A stretch of 63,543 nucleotides of DNA, filler included, from Reclinomonas americana ATCC 50394 (lineage: Eukaryota), in NCBI GenBank assembly GCA_048213135.1. It is 4 parts of 2 records of this genome, joined end to end, with 100 filler letters (N's around TTAATTAATTAA, not from the genome) between each part and the next. Parts side by side here need not be neighbours in the genome. Positions count along the whole stretch, not along the records: positions 49,956 to 63,543 come from PS015013.1; 3 more parts are not named here. The stretch is one strand, 5' to 3'. The position numbers and the translations under genes were made by a program. Shown piece by piece: positions 51,890-63,543 of the stretch; position 1 is the stretch's first letter, and each line of letters begins with the position of its first letter. The notes below the pieces were generated by a model. It saw only the letters and a program-made list of their open reading frames with translations, was not told where the DNA came from and did no database searches.

Positions 51890-52998
51890 TCACAGACTCA
51901 TGGTGGCGAAGAACATGAGCAGCAGGACCACTGGCGCCGCCATCAGTCCGCGCTTGCCGCGAGGTGTGGTCGATACGTGCACGAGTGCAGCGGGTATCAG
52001 CACAGCTGCCGAGCTCCACACCAACGACACGAGCCGCAGCAGGGTGGTGAAGAACGTGGCCACGCCGGTGGGGATTGGCGCCACGAGCAGATTGCAGAGG
52101 GCCAGCGGCAGCAGCGCGTACCCGACCAAGCTGAGTGTCCGCGAGTACACCATGTCCTCACGTCCGAGCAAGCGCAAGACGGCCGACACCACCCAGCATC
52201 CACAGAGCCACACACTAATTGGCCACGATACCGTCTGCGCGGCGCACTGGGCGGTGAGGGAGAAGGGGGGGGGGGGCATCGGAGAATCAACACAGTATTC
52301 ACGACGAACCGCCTTTTGGTTCGACACCAACGAAAAGATGAGGAACAGCACCGAGAAGAGCGGCCCCCAAAAGTCGGCCTCGGCCAGCTTGACGGCACTC
52401 TCCAGATCGGTCTTCAGCGGCACCACCACTCTCATCACCTTGGCCACAATCGCTTGCGGGTCAATGTCCAACTCCTCCCTGCAACCGATGACGAGAAGTC
52501 AGCGCGATCGCCCGGCATCGCTGCGAGTGAGTGGAGATCGCACGCAACAGCAGCGGGCCTTCGCCTGGGGGTGTGCCATTGTCAAAGCTCCCCGTGGGCT
52601 CAGGACTCGTGTCCGACAGCATGTACGAGTAGCCCTTCTCGGGCCAGAAGATGTTCCTGACGCGACCAAACACTGAGGAGGGAAGTCAGACACTGCGCAG
52701 TAGAGGAGAGCACGATCATCATGCACACACACACACACCGCCATCGTTGTTGTCGGAGATCGCATTGCCGTTGCCGAGGCCACCACTGCTGCTGTGACCG
52801 AGCGATCCTCCTCCATTGATCATCGGTGGCGGTCCCGAGTGAGCGTACCCTGACGAGCAAGCAGGCAAGTGAGATCGCCTGTCATCCACACACACTCGCA
52901 CACACACACGCACCTTCCTCGGCCGAGATGAACTCCAGCGATGAGGTCGCAGACAACTGACCACCGCCCACTGCCGACAAGTCGCTGGACGATCCCAT
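51890..52998 (-). CDS. Yip1-domain Golgi membrane protein (YIPF4-like)
   Basis: KGYSYML, GPLLEELDIDP, ADFWGPLFSVL, VSWPISVWLCG, TLSLVGYALLP and several TM helices. Confidence 0.88.
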
Positions 52999-53378
52999 GG
53001 CGGGTGATGGTGATGCCGATGAGTGTGAGTGCATGCCCGTGTTGGGCGATCGGAGCGCTGCACTCATCGCTTCTCGTTGACGAAGAACACGTGCCAAAAT
53101 GGAATGCATTTTCGTCGTCGTCAACAACCTTACACAATATAATAGAAACTTCACTGATCCATACACAACAATGAGCATCTACCAGTGATCGCCAACAAGT
53201 CTTGTGTGCTTTCCTTCTACAACTAAAACTGTTTAAGTGTGTTGTCGATGTTGAGAATAAAGCCCTATTCAGGACACACGGCCTACATTTCTCGTTCTCG
53301 CGTTTTTTACTGATTGGCTGTCGTTCTGAACCAGGTAAACATCTGTGGAACAATAGCAGCAGTACGCAGGGTGAGTTT

Positions 53379-55157
53379 TCACAGTTCCGGGCATTTGCGC
53401 GAATCGCACGCAACGGCTCGTCTCCGAATGTTGACGGCGGCCAGCACGAGGAGGATCTCGGTGAAGAAAAAGACCACCTGGCCGACGGTGACCACCTGCA
53501 CCATGCCGATGCAAAAATCGATCAACACCAGCGCAATGTACAGTGTTAGTAGTCGATGCATGTCGCGGAACACCACATAGCCTGCACATTGTGCGTGTGT
53601 GAGGCGGCATGAAGAAGAGCGAAAAGAGCGTGCGTGGGAGGCACGCAACAGGCGGCTGCCGTGACGCCGACGGCCACGGATACGTAGCCAATGACCCAGG
53701 AGGCCGGCTGTGATTCTGTGCCCACGCGGATGACATGCGGCGCTTGTTTGTCTGCAACCGGTGTGAGATGCATTGTCGCTCAATCGTCTGTGATATTGAA
53801 CGACAAACCGAAGAACAAGTACGCCAACACGCCAATGCACGCCACGGCCAGGCAGTAGAAAGCCACCTTTTGCTGAAAGACTGTCGAGAATTGAATGGCA
53901 TCTGCGGGGAGACGTCAGTGATGACCGAGAAGAGGATGTGAGGTTAAGGCAACGCACCACGAATGGATGGCTGGGAGAATACAACAAAGGGGCGCGACAG
54001 ATTGAGAGCACCGGCACCCGCAGCTGCCCAGGTGATCCACGTCAACATTACAAACACAGACGCATGCGTGAGTGGAAGAGAGAGAAGCACTCCAAACCTT
54101 CCTGCGCCTCGGAATCGGACGAACTCTCATCGTCCGACTGATCCTCGTCGCGTCGATCGTCTCCTGCGGCGCCACCGGCCAGCTTGTTGAGCTGCATACC
54201 CAGGTACAGCTGCGCACCCACCGCTGCATTGAGAAGAGAACGACCAGGGAGTAATGAGAGGCAAACACACAAGACCTTGTTGTTCGGTTCGACAATCTGT
54301 GATGGAATCGCACGGTCGTACGGGCATCGCTTGGCCGCCGCGCCGTGGAACAACATGAATGGTGGTGGTGGTCGTTGCTGCAGCAACATGCAACCTCAGC
54401 ATCAACTGTTCAACAAGCAGCAACGAGGAGAATATACACACCTCGTCATCGTCAGCCTCCTCTGTTCGCGCAGCAGCAGCAGCAGCAGCGCCCGCCACCG
54501 GAGCTCCCGCCACCACTGCCGCCACTCCAGCTACAGCTGCACCTGCTCCCGCTGGCGGTGCGCCGCCCTCGCCCACTCCCGGCAGATTGCCACCAAACAT
54601 GGCCGGCACTTGGAACGAGCGCATCATGTGCGGCGGTGGTCCGTCGCCCGCCACCGACACAGCTGGTAGAGGCGGAGGCGGAGCCGGCACATCCGCAAAG
54701 GTGGGCGACAGCAGCGCACCGGCCGCTGCCGCTGAGCTGCGTGGTGGCGACTGACGGCGTGCACTCACCAGCTCCACGGGTCGATGGGAGAGACCAGTCA
54801 CTGTTGCGCGAGGGAAAGAGAGAGAGATGAGAGGGACGGCACGTGGTCTCTCTGTGAGAGACACACACGCGAACCTGAGCGCGCAGGTCCAACAGGGACG
54901 GACGACAACACACTCGATTCGGGTGGAGAACCGCCAGATGATCTGTGATCAATCACACCCGTCACACTCACGCACATGCCTCCCTCTCTCTCTCTCTCAC
55001 ACACACATGCACACACACACGCACGCACGCAAACACACACACACAACGTTCTCTCTCCCCGCTCACTCACTCTCTCTCTCTCTCACTCTCTCACCCACTC
55101 ACTCTCCTGCCCGCAACACACACGCAACGAGTCACCACTGCTGCCACCTCCAGACAT
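53379..55157 (-). CDS. Hypothetical membrane protein (low-complexity N-terminus, C-terminal TM helices)
   Basis: MSGGGSSGDS followed by a GTTGCG intron. C-terminal hydrophobic segments WVIGYVSVAVGVTAAA, LLTLYIALVLIDFCIGM and VVFFFTEILLVLAAV. Confidence 0.55.
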
Positions 55158-55923
55158 GCCACTGCCACCCACACTGGGATGTCTGAGGAGAGCACTGGTG
55201 GCCTCCTCTGCGGATGGTCGTCGCGGTGGACCACGACTGAGACCGCTCACATGCACCGCAGGTGAACCAGGCGACGAAGTCGCACTGCCGGTGCTGCTGG
55301 CGAGTGACGGGTTGCCACGTGGTGAGCGATCCCCCATCTCACTCTGACTCGACGGCCCTTGACGTCGCGATGATCAACGATGTCACACAGGACTTTGCCG
55401 TGGCAACTGTGCCGTCAGATGTGCGTGTCGCAGTAGTGTTTATGCGGTGCAGCTACGTGTAAGCAAGGCAGCGATCACTTTCTTGCTGCGCGTTGCGGGG
55501 TCTCGCGACGTCGACGCGCGTACGTCGACGTTGCAAATCGAACATCTTCTGTTCCGAGGCCAGACAGCACAGCACGCGGTATGGTATGCGGCTACAGGCG
55601 TATGACTTGAGCAGGCCCGAATGCGCCGAATACGCTGCCTGCACGCAAGCCATTGTCGACGTCGCGATATCAGTTCGAAATTCGAATTCGCGACGCACAT
55701 CACAAGAGCCGGTTCCGCGATCCATGCGCCACCACACACCATCTACAACACACGCACCGGTACCGTGTCTGACGCCAATAAAGCGGACCCCGCTCACTGC
55801 AGTCTCTCGGGTCGCACTCCGAGACATCGACAAATTGCATTGGGTTCGGATTATTTTGTTTCGCAACACTTCTCACAAACAGACAGACAGGCACAAGAGA
55901 GCGGCAACAGTCAGAGAAAGCCA

Positions 55924-58900
55924 ATGTCGTCGCGGTCGCCTCCGCCTTTACTGGTGGGCGACGGACGGTCCACGACTCCCACCTCGGTGACCTCGTCAGT
56001 GCTGCAGTCGCGCTCGTCGCTGCCTCCGCAGGCTCCACACGCTCAATTCGCCGCGCGTGGCAGTCTCGCTCTGGTGGGCTCTGCGGACACAGGCGCAGGC
56101 AGTGGTGGTGGTGAGCGACCCAGCACACCAGTGAGTCAAGGCGCACACTCGGGTGCAGCAGCAGCAGCGCCTCAGCGCAGCGATTCGCTGCGTGGAACCC
56201 TGACGCAGGTTCGTCTCTCTCTCTCACACACACACACGCACTCTCCCATGCACACATGTGTCTCATTCATCTCACAGGAGGAGTTGGAGGGCACCGATCG
56301 CTTTCTCCGCTTTGGCGATCGCATTGTGTTGATGCACGCCGACATGCGTGGCTTTATCACCAGCGAAGGGTGTGTGTGTTGGGGAGAGAGAGCAGCTATG
56401 TGTGTGTGTGTGTGTGTTTGTTGTACTCACATCTAGTCATGTCTCGCAGCACGGTCGACGATCGTGTCGGTCTCACTGCCGGCACTCCTGGCAACCTGCC
56501 GCTCACTCCGTCTGGTGAGCTCCCTCCTCCATCTCCGTCTCCGCCATCTCCTCTTCGCGCTCACTGGGCGTCGCTGTGCAGATGTGGTGTACGAGTTGAC
56601 TCCGATCACCTCGTACAAGGCGCAGTCGGCCTTTACGCGGCGCCTGAAGAAGGCCATTGATGACTTTGCGCCGGATCTCACGGCAGTCGGTCGCGCCGAG
56701 GTGCTGCGCTCGTTTGATGCGCGCAGACCGCCTCCGTTCCTGCGAGTGGTGCGTTCGCTCGTCCATGTCTGTGCCTGATATCTACGCTGCTCACCGCATT
56801 GCGCCCAACAGGATCAACACGAGGAGCGCCGCCTGGAGGAAGTCGGGGACGCCAACGACAAGATCGGTTCGTTCAACCTGGGCCAGATTGTCGGCACGTC
56901 GCTCGAGCTGTACAAGCGGCGTCTCGAGGGCCAGTCGAAGAGTCGCACGCTGGAGGAGTTGATGGAGTTGCAGGTGCGCTGTTGTGCATGAGATTGTGAG
57001 GGAGAGAGAAACAAAGGCGCTCATTCACCTCGTGGGCAGACTCGCGCCGAGTCCGAGCTGGCACAAAACAACGCCGAAGACGAGCGTGCGAACGGTCGAC
57101 CGGTCACCTACGGCACTGTGGTGCAGCTGCGACACGTTCGCTGGGGTCACTACGTGACCGTGCAGAGTGACATTGCGGAGACGGATGCCGCGTGCACTCG
57201 AATTGCGCTGCAGCCGACGGCCAGCTCGCGCTCCTTCTTCGTCATCTCGGCCGGCAGTCGGTTCCGCGCCGAGGGCGAGCGCGTGCAGATTGGCGACCTG
57301 GTGTCGTTCCTCAACCGCAAGTTTCGTCTGTACATTCACGCCAGCCGGGCGGCGATTCGCGACCGCTTCCGTCGTCTCGAGGTCAACGGCTCCTTTGACG
57401 AGACGCACTGGCTGCTGCTGCTGTACTCGCGAGCGCGTGCGGCTGGCGACGAGGACAAGCTGATGGCTGGCGACACGGTACGCATCTTTCATCCGCAGCG
57501 CGATGGCTACGTGGCGCGCGTCGTCGGTGCACCGGAGGATCTGTATGGTTTGTTGCGCGCACACCTATGCTCTGTTGATGATGAAAGAGTCACCTCACCA
57601 CCACCACCACCACCACCACCACAGTCTCCATCAACGAGCAGGAGAAATCGGAACTCTCGCGACCGATCCTGCCCGAGGCCGATTTCGAGATTGAGCGTGA
57701 GCTGCCGGTGGCCGGTGGATTGATGCGCTTCGGGCAGACCTTCCGCCTGCGTCACGTGCTCACCGGTGCGTATCTGCGAGTGGAGCCAAAGGTGGTGGAC
57801 GAGTCGTTGCAGCCGGCGGACTGGTTCGGCGCCGTGGTTCGCGAGCGGCGCTTCACTCGCGCCCACGTGCTGCGCGATCAGAGCGACGACGACGACGACG
57901 ATGACGAATATGCAGGCGGCATGGGTGGCGACGGTGACTTGGACAGCCTCGGCCTTCCGCCGTCGCCGACGTCGCTAATGTCTCCGGGAGCGACTGACGA
58001 TGACGCGGCGCGCATGTTTGACGATGACGATGATGATGAGGGTGGTGGCGGCATGGTGGCCTCGATGAATCCCCTGCAGCGGAATCAGCGACAGAATTCC
58101 GCACGCACCCTTGGCGTCGAGAGGCGCCGATCCATTCGCGCATCGTCCACGTCCATGGAGATTGGCAAAGGTGTGTGTGCCTCGCCAGCGATTATGATGT
58201 ATTGAGTCTTACGCCGTCATTTCCCCGCAGGCTACTTTGCTCGCCGCCGTCCGAGTGCCGTGGAGGCTGCAGAGCCGATCCCAGTCGTCGACGTGTCGGA
58301 TCTGGTGGTACCGGTCAAGGTCCGTTTCTCCGACGACCGAGCGGATCCCAACTGCCTGTTTGCCTTTGCGCCGCTGCAGTTTGCGGTGCGTTTTTCTCGC
58401 GTGGCTGTTCGCCGCGCGTACCAGCGTGATTTCTCACTGGTGTGCATGACGCCGCGTACGATGCAGGCCGACGACGATGGTCGCAGCGTGGTGCGAGCCG
58501 ACGCTCTCGTCAGTCTGCGACACGCCGCTACCGGTCTGTACCTGTCGAATGTCGAGTCACCGATTTGTTTCCGAGGCGTCTCGCGACGCAAGCACACGTC
58601 CGCCCCGGTGAGTCCTTCACCAACTCCATCGGTCCACGCACAATCCTGACTCGCCTTTGTCCTCTCACACAGCTGTGCCTGTCCACCATTCCCGATCCCA
58701 ACACGGCATTCCGCGCGTCGCGAACACTGCAGAGCGATGTGCAGGATCTGTACATTACGACGCTCACCATTGGAGTTGCGGCGACGTGGTGGTGGTGGCA
58801 ATCATCAGCCGTCCTTACCCACTCACGTGCTTGATGACACCCGACAGTACTTGGATCAGCTGCGCTCGGCACTGAACGAGAACGCTCGCGATCGGCTCGT

Positions 58901-61900
58901 GGACTACCGAACTGCGTCGACAGTGCTGCCGCGTTTGATTCGCATGTGTACGGACAGCTCCGAGCTCGACGTCTTCAAACGAGAAGGTGCGCTTGCCTAC
59001 TGCTGTTGTAGGAAAGAGATTGGTGGGTGTTGACTCGGCTGGTCTCAGGTGCCCCAATTCGCTCACGGCAGATTCTGTTTCGCGAGTGTGGAGTTTCGTT
59101 GTCGGTCATCGCTGTGCGCTCTGCTAGTTGGTGCTGACCGATTGCGATAGATGTACGCGTTCCTGGCACAACTGGCCGCGGCCATCACAAACTCGCGTGA
59201 TGTGGAGGCTCGTGGCGAGGCCGGCAGTGTGGTCACGGATACGCTGCGACTTGTCTTCCGGCTCATGAAGCAGATGAGCAAGCAGTACCCGCTCAATCTC
59301 TCGCTATTCCAGCGTGACCTGCCGCTCCTGCTCGAGTTCTTTGGACGCGATGTCGGCGCCGAGGCCGCCATCATGGAGCTGTTGCGTCCCACAAAGCGAA
59401 GCAGCAATCGTATCCGCGTGCAATGTTCTGACACCACCCCGCCCTCTGCTGTTTCACAGTTTCTCGAGCAACAGCCACAGCCTCGTGCGCCAGATCGACT
59501 ACAAGTACATTCAGTTCTTCATCGATTTGCCTCGTCGGCGGGGCTTCACATTTGAGTTTCGTGTATGTGCGTTGCTGGCATCGTCGCCGCTCATGACTAA
59601 CGATGTGAGTCTGTAAAGGCACTTGCCGTTCCTCATCGAGCTGTGCTCCACGGACGAACCAGTTCGCCGAAACCAGGTGCGTACCCGATCATAGACAGCG
59701 AGCAGCGAGGATGGTGGTGGATTGACGCGTTGTTCCTCGTCGTGCAGGAGTACATTCTCGAGCACTTGGTGATGCCGGATCGCCCGTACGTGATCCTGAC
59801 GCAGATGCGCGGCGACACGGTGTATCTGGTGGCCGATCTTGACGGCTCTCATTTCGAGTCACGTATTGTGGATGTGGCGTGGCCTGGTTGGGCGCCGCCA
59901 CCCATGCGACCAGATGCCACTGCGTCGGGTGAAGCTCTGGCGAACTACGAGCAAGCGCGTGCGAGTTTTGAGCGATCCAGACTGCACGCCGAGTTCTACC
60001 TGTTGCAAATCAACTTGTTCTCCGAGCTGTGCGCAGTTACGTACCCTCTCCTCCTGTGAGGTGCATTATGTTCCTCTCTCCCTCTTACTCACTCTCTGGG
60101 CGATGCAGGGCCGCAATCCACGCGCACAGCAGATCATTTCGCGACTGCTGCCAATCAACGTTGCTGTTGTCGGGTGTGTCACTCATCCGTCATGCGGCTG
60201 ACGTAAAGGACATGTTGCTTAACGGTGGCATGTGCGCGCACAGGCTGATGGAACCGGGACTGCCGAGTCTCGTACGCGCCGCGTTTGACCGCTTGCTGTT
60301 GCATCTGTACGTGGATCGCAACCCGTTCAACAAGATCCAGCTCGTCGAAACGCTGCGGGTCTGTGTCCTCACAAGGTGCTCTCGTGCCTCTCCTTCTCGG
60401 ACTCATCGTATTGTCGCTGGCAGGTGTGGGCCGACATTCCCCTGGAGCCGCAGTTCCATCGCAGTGAGACGTACGAACTGCAGCAGATTCGCCATCACGT
60501 GTCTTCCGGTTTCTCGGTGCTGCCCATCATGAACGACATGCTGAACGCCATTATCTCGTTGCTGGTGAGTCTTGTGTTGCCGCCGTTCACGCCACGCGCT
60601 GCCAGATGGTTGTGGTTCTGAACAAAGCCACACAGCGCTGGAAAGGCGCACTGCGAATGCGCTGGCGCGATCCCAACTTTACCAACTTTCATGTCAACAC
60701 CGTTGCGTGCAGTCTCGTCTGTTGCACACCCTCCGAGTACAGCTCTGAACTCCTTTCTGCAGATGCTACAGCTGCTCATGGCGATGTTGGAGGAAGGGTT
60801 CGTGACACACCGCGGCTACTTGGTGCTGCTCAACGAGACGCTGTGGGACCTGGTGGATGGACGCACTGACGACTACCTCGGTTTATTTCATCTTGTTCGT
60901 CATATCGCGGTGGTGCGCGGCCACTGAGAAGCCCTTGTCATGACAGGTCAACCGGATTCCTTCCGGTACAGTGCGAACGAGAACAACTTGATCATCATGG
61001 TTTGTGCGGCGTAGCGGTCAGCCAGTGTTGCTGCCACACGCATCTCACATGTGAGCAGGAGGTCAAGTGGCGCGCGTGCCGCATCTTGGATCTGCTGCTG
61101 GACATTCAGGTGAACCATCGTGTGGCCAAGTTCCTCTCCTATTTCCGTGGTGGCAATCCGGTCGAGATGGAGCGCATGCTCGGTCGCACGTACATTGTGG
61201 AGGTCAACGACCAGACACTGCCCATTCTCTCCGACCTGATGAAGTACGATTCGGCGCCGCTCAACGCCGTCGCGTCGCGTCTGCTGTTCCGCGTCTTCCA
61301 GTGCGTCCACCTTGTCTCTGCCTCCGTTTTCTTGCAACTCAAGCGTTTCTGGCAGACAACGAATGGAAATGTTTTCGACACTGGGACGCACCACGCTGCT
61401 CGTGTCGCACTCCCTTGTCGAAGCATTCGTGCGCCTGCGCACGGTGTGGGACGAGCTGCGTGTGACACTGGTGGAGCATCCCGACTGGCCGTCGCGGACA
61501 AACATTGTGCAGCAGATTGTGCGCCTGCTGCGCACCCTGCGACACGGTGCGCCCATTCTTATCGGGTTGCCGCACTTTATTGTCTCCGCATTCTCACTTC
61601 TAGGCTCGCTGCCGCGCAGAGATGCAAACCTCGAAGCAGTTGCAGGTGCTGGCCCGCTCATTGTCGTTGCATGACACACTGATCAATGTGCTGAAAGCAC
61701 CAATGTTGCGACTGTTCACATCCCTCGCTCCCCTCTCTTTCCACTTTCCTCACTTTGTCGTTCCTCGCAGTCGCAATCAGCGGCCTGTGCCCGGCACACC
61801 GCTCTTTGAGGCATTCGCCCTGATCTACCAGATCCTCCAGCTGGTGTGTCATTCGCTGCAACGAAGAACGCCTGTTGTATTCGCTACTCACTGTGTCGCG

Positions 61901-62896
61901 CCACACACCGCAGTACGTTCTCCGCAATGCAGAGAATCAGCGCGCAGTCTCGCGAAACTGGAGTCTGTTTGTCACGCATTCTGGGTTCGTGATGACTCCC
62001 GTCCGCTTGCTTTCAAAGTCCCTCACTATGCCTTGTTTTTGCAGCGTCGGCATGGGCACAGAGGAGTTGTTGCATACCATATTCGATGGCAATCGCCGTC
62101 TCGTGGAGACTGTCGACCCATCGCTGGTGCGGTGGTGGATTTCGGACATGGCCAGCCGCACACCGAATTACAAGTCACTGGCCTTCCTCAAGGTCCGTTC
62201 CTGCCGATCTTGTTTCTGTCAATTTCTATGCTGATTGCTTGCGCTAGTCATTGGCCGTGGTGAACGACGCACCGATCCAGCACAACCAGATTCTGGTGAT
62301 GGACAACCTGATTGAGTTCCGCAATTCGCTGGTGCTCTTTGAGACTCCAGACGGTCGGCGAAGACGGTGCGCACACCTGGGCCACTGATGCTTCTGCGCC
62401 ACTCACTCACTCACTAATCACCATCGTTGTGGTCGGTGTGCAGTCGCGAGTTGATGCAAGGTGGCGCCGAGGCCGATCCGCGCGCGTCGCTGGCACCAAT
62501 GCTGGAGTATCATGTGGAACTGTTGAGTCTGCTCTCCCTGTGTACGGCTGGACACTTTCACCAGACCGAGGCACAAGCGCAGCAGCTGCTGTCGTTTGCC
62601 ACGTGTGCGGACATGTTGCTGGAGGCACAACAGCTGCCACAAGTGAAGCAAGGCCTCTTGCAGTTCTTCACCGAGGTACGCCACGTGTTGCTGCATCATC
62701 GCGTTACGCCTGATTGCTGACCTTGCCATTGCATGCTACGCAGGTGTACGTCAAGACGGAGCGTTTGGTGCCCGCCGTCAACTTTTCCACCGACATGTGC
62801 AACGTGCTGCGATCCGTATGTGGCGACCTGGCACAGTTCATTCGCCTCTCGCGCTCGTCGCTGGCCTCCACCACTGCAGTGCGCATCAACTCCACT
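55924..62896 (+). CDS. ITPR: Inositol 1,4,5-trisphosphate receptor / RyR-superfamily Ca2+ channel, N-terminal half (truncated)
   Basis: FLRFGDRIVL..GFITSEG, GRPVTYGTVVQLRHVRWGHYVTV, RFRAEGERVQIGDLV, LMAGDTVRIFH, FGQTFRLRHVLTGAYL (MIR domains); RQILFREC (RIH); LFSELCAGRN, LLLHLYVDRNP, VKWRACRIL, NQILVM, EYHVELLSLLSLCTAG, FFTEVYVKTE. Confidence 0.93.
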
Positions 62897-63163
62897 NNNN
62901 NNNNNNNNNNNNNNNNNNNNNNNNNNNNNNNNNNNNNNNNNNNNNNNNNNNNNNNNNNNNNNNNNNNNNNNNNNNNNNNNNNNNNNNNNNNNNNNNNNNN
63001 NNNNNNNNNNNNNNNNNNNNNNNNNNNNNNNNNNNNNNNNNNNNNNNNNNNNNNNNNNNNNNNNNNNNNNNNNNNNNNNNNNNNNNNNNNNNNNNNNNNN
63101 NNNNNNNNNNNNNNNNNNNNNNNNNNNNNNNNNNNNNNNNNNNNNNNNNNNNNNNNNNNNNNN

Positions 63164-63543
63164 CCGCTTTGTCGACCGACGCACGGCGAAAAAGCATTCC
63201 AAGAAGGGCATCACAGCCGTAAAAATGTACACACGGAATGCTTGAGCGTCGTTCGTCACCACGTTACTCGCATCCGCAGACGCGACAGGCTCATCCGCCG
63301 CCACATCGTCGTCTGCTGCCTCTCTTCGCGCGCTTGCAGCCAGCGGAGAGGCACTGATCAACAGAGGCCTGCCGGACGAACTTGTGAGCATTAACATACT
63401 TGGCAACACCGACACAAATCACTGGTAATGAAAACGCACCGATCCTCGGCGGCAGTGGGCGACGATGGCGACACGGGCATGGATGCGGCTTCGTCCACAA
63501 ATGGAGTCTCCAGCTCCGGTCGCACACGACCGAGGCCACTGCG
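63164..63543 (-). CDS. Probable continuation of the IP3R on an inverted contig
   Basis: Minus-strand AFRVYIFTAVMPFLECFF resembles the IP3R helix (Y....V...L..FF) expected just after the last plus-strand exon. Confidence 0.5.

Overview
This is a gene-dense, intron-rich eukaryotic draft scaffold, probably from a flagellated, mitochondriate protist (it has SF-assemblin, TIM44, KGD4 and an IP3 receptor); the taxon cannot be named from the sequence. It has many N-gaps, three artificial N/TTAATTAATTAA linkers and some pyrosequencing noise. About 25 genes could be spliced by hand. Recognisable ones are aspartate aminotransferase, SF-assemblin, TIM44, DJ-1, INO80B, an NFRKB/DEUBAD protein, a degenerate ADCY10-like cyclase-STAND protein, KGD4/MRPS36, an LSMT-type SET methyltransferase, a YIPF protein and an IP3R. 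Main signals: (1) about 30 introns use a one-nucleotide register-shifted donor, GT-T-GCG(T), with variants GT-T-AAGT, GT-T-ACGT and GT-C-GAGT, almost always after a non-G exon base, alongside ordinary GTGAGT/GTGCGT/GTACGT donors; (2) a giant secreted precursor at 46626-40253 (-) with an N-terminal coiled coil, alternating Arg and Asp blocks and five copies of a cationic C-X17-C-X8-12-C-X16-17-C module, head-to-head with a shorter paralogue; (3) tandem secreted IPT plus triple H-type-lectin-like proteins; (4) a myristoylated pseudo-Rab/U-box fusion; (5) two INO80 subunit genes about 1.5 kb apart. All exon boundaries and family calls come from manual reading and motif recognition, not from database searches.
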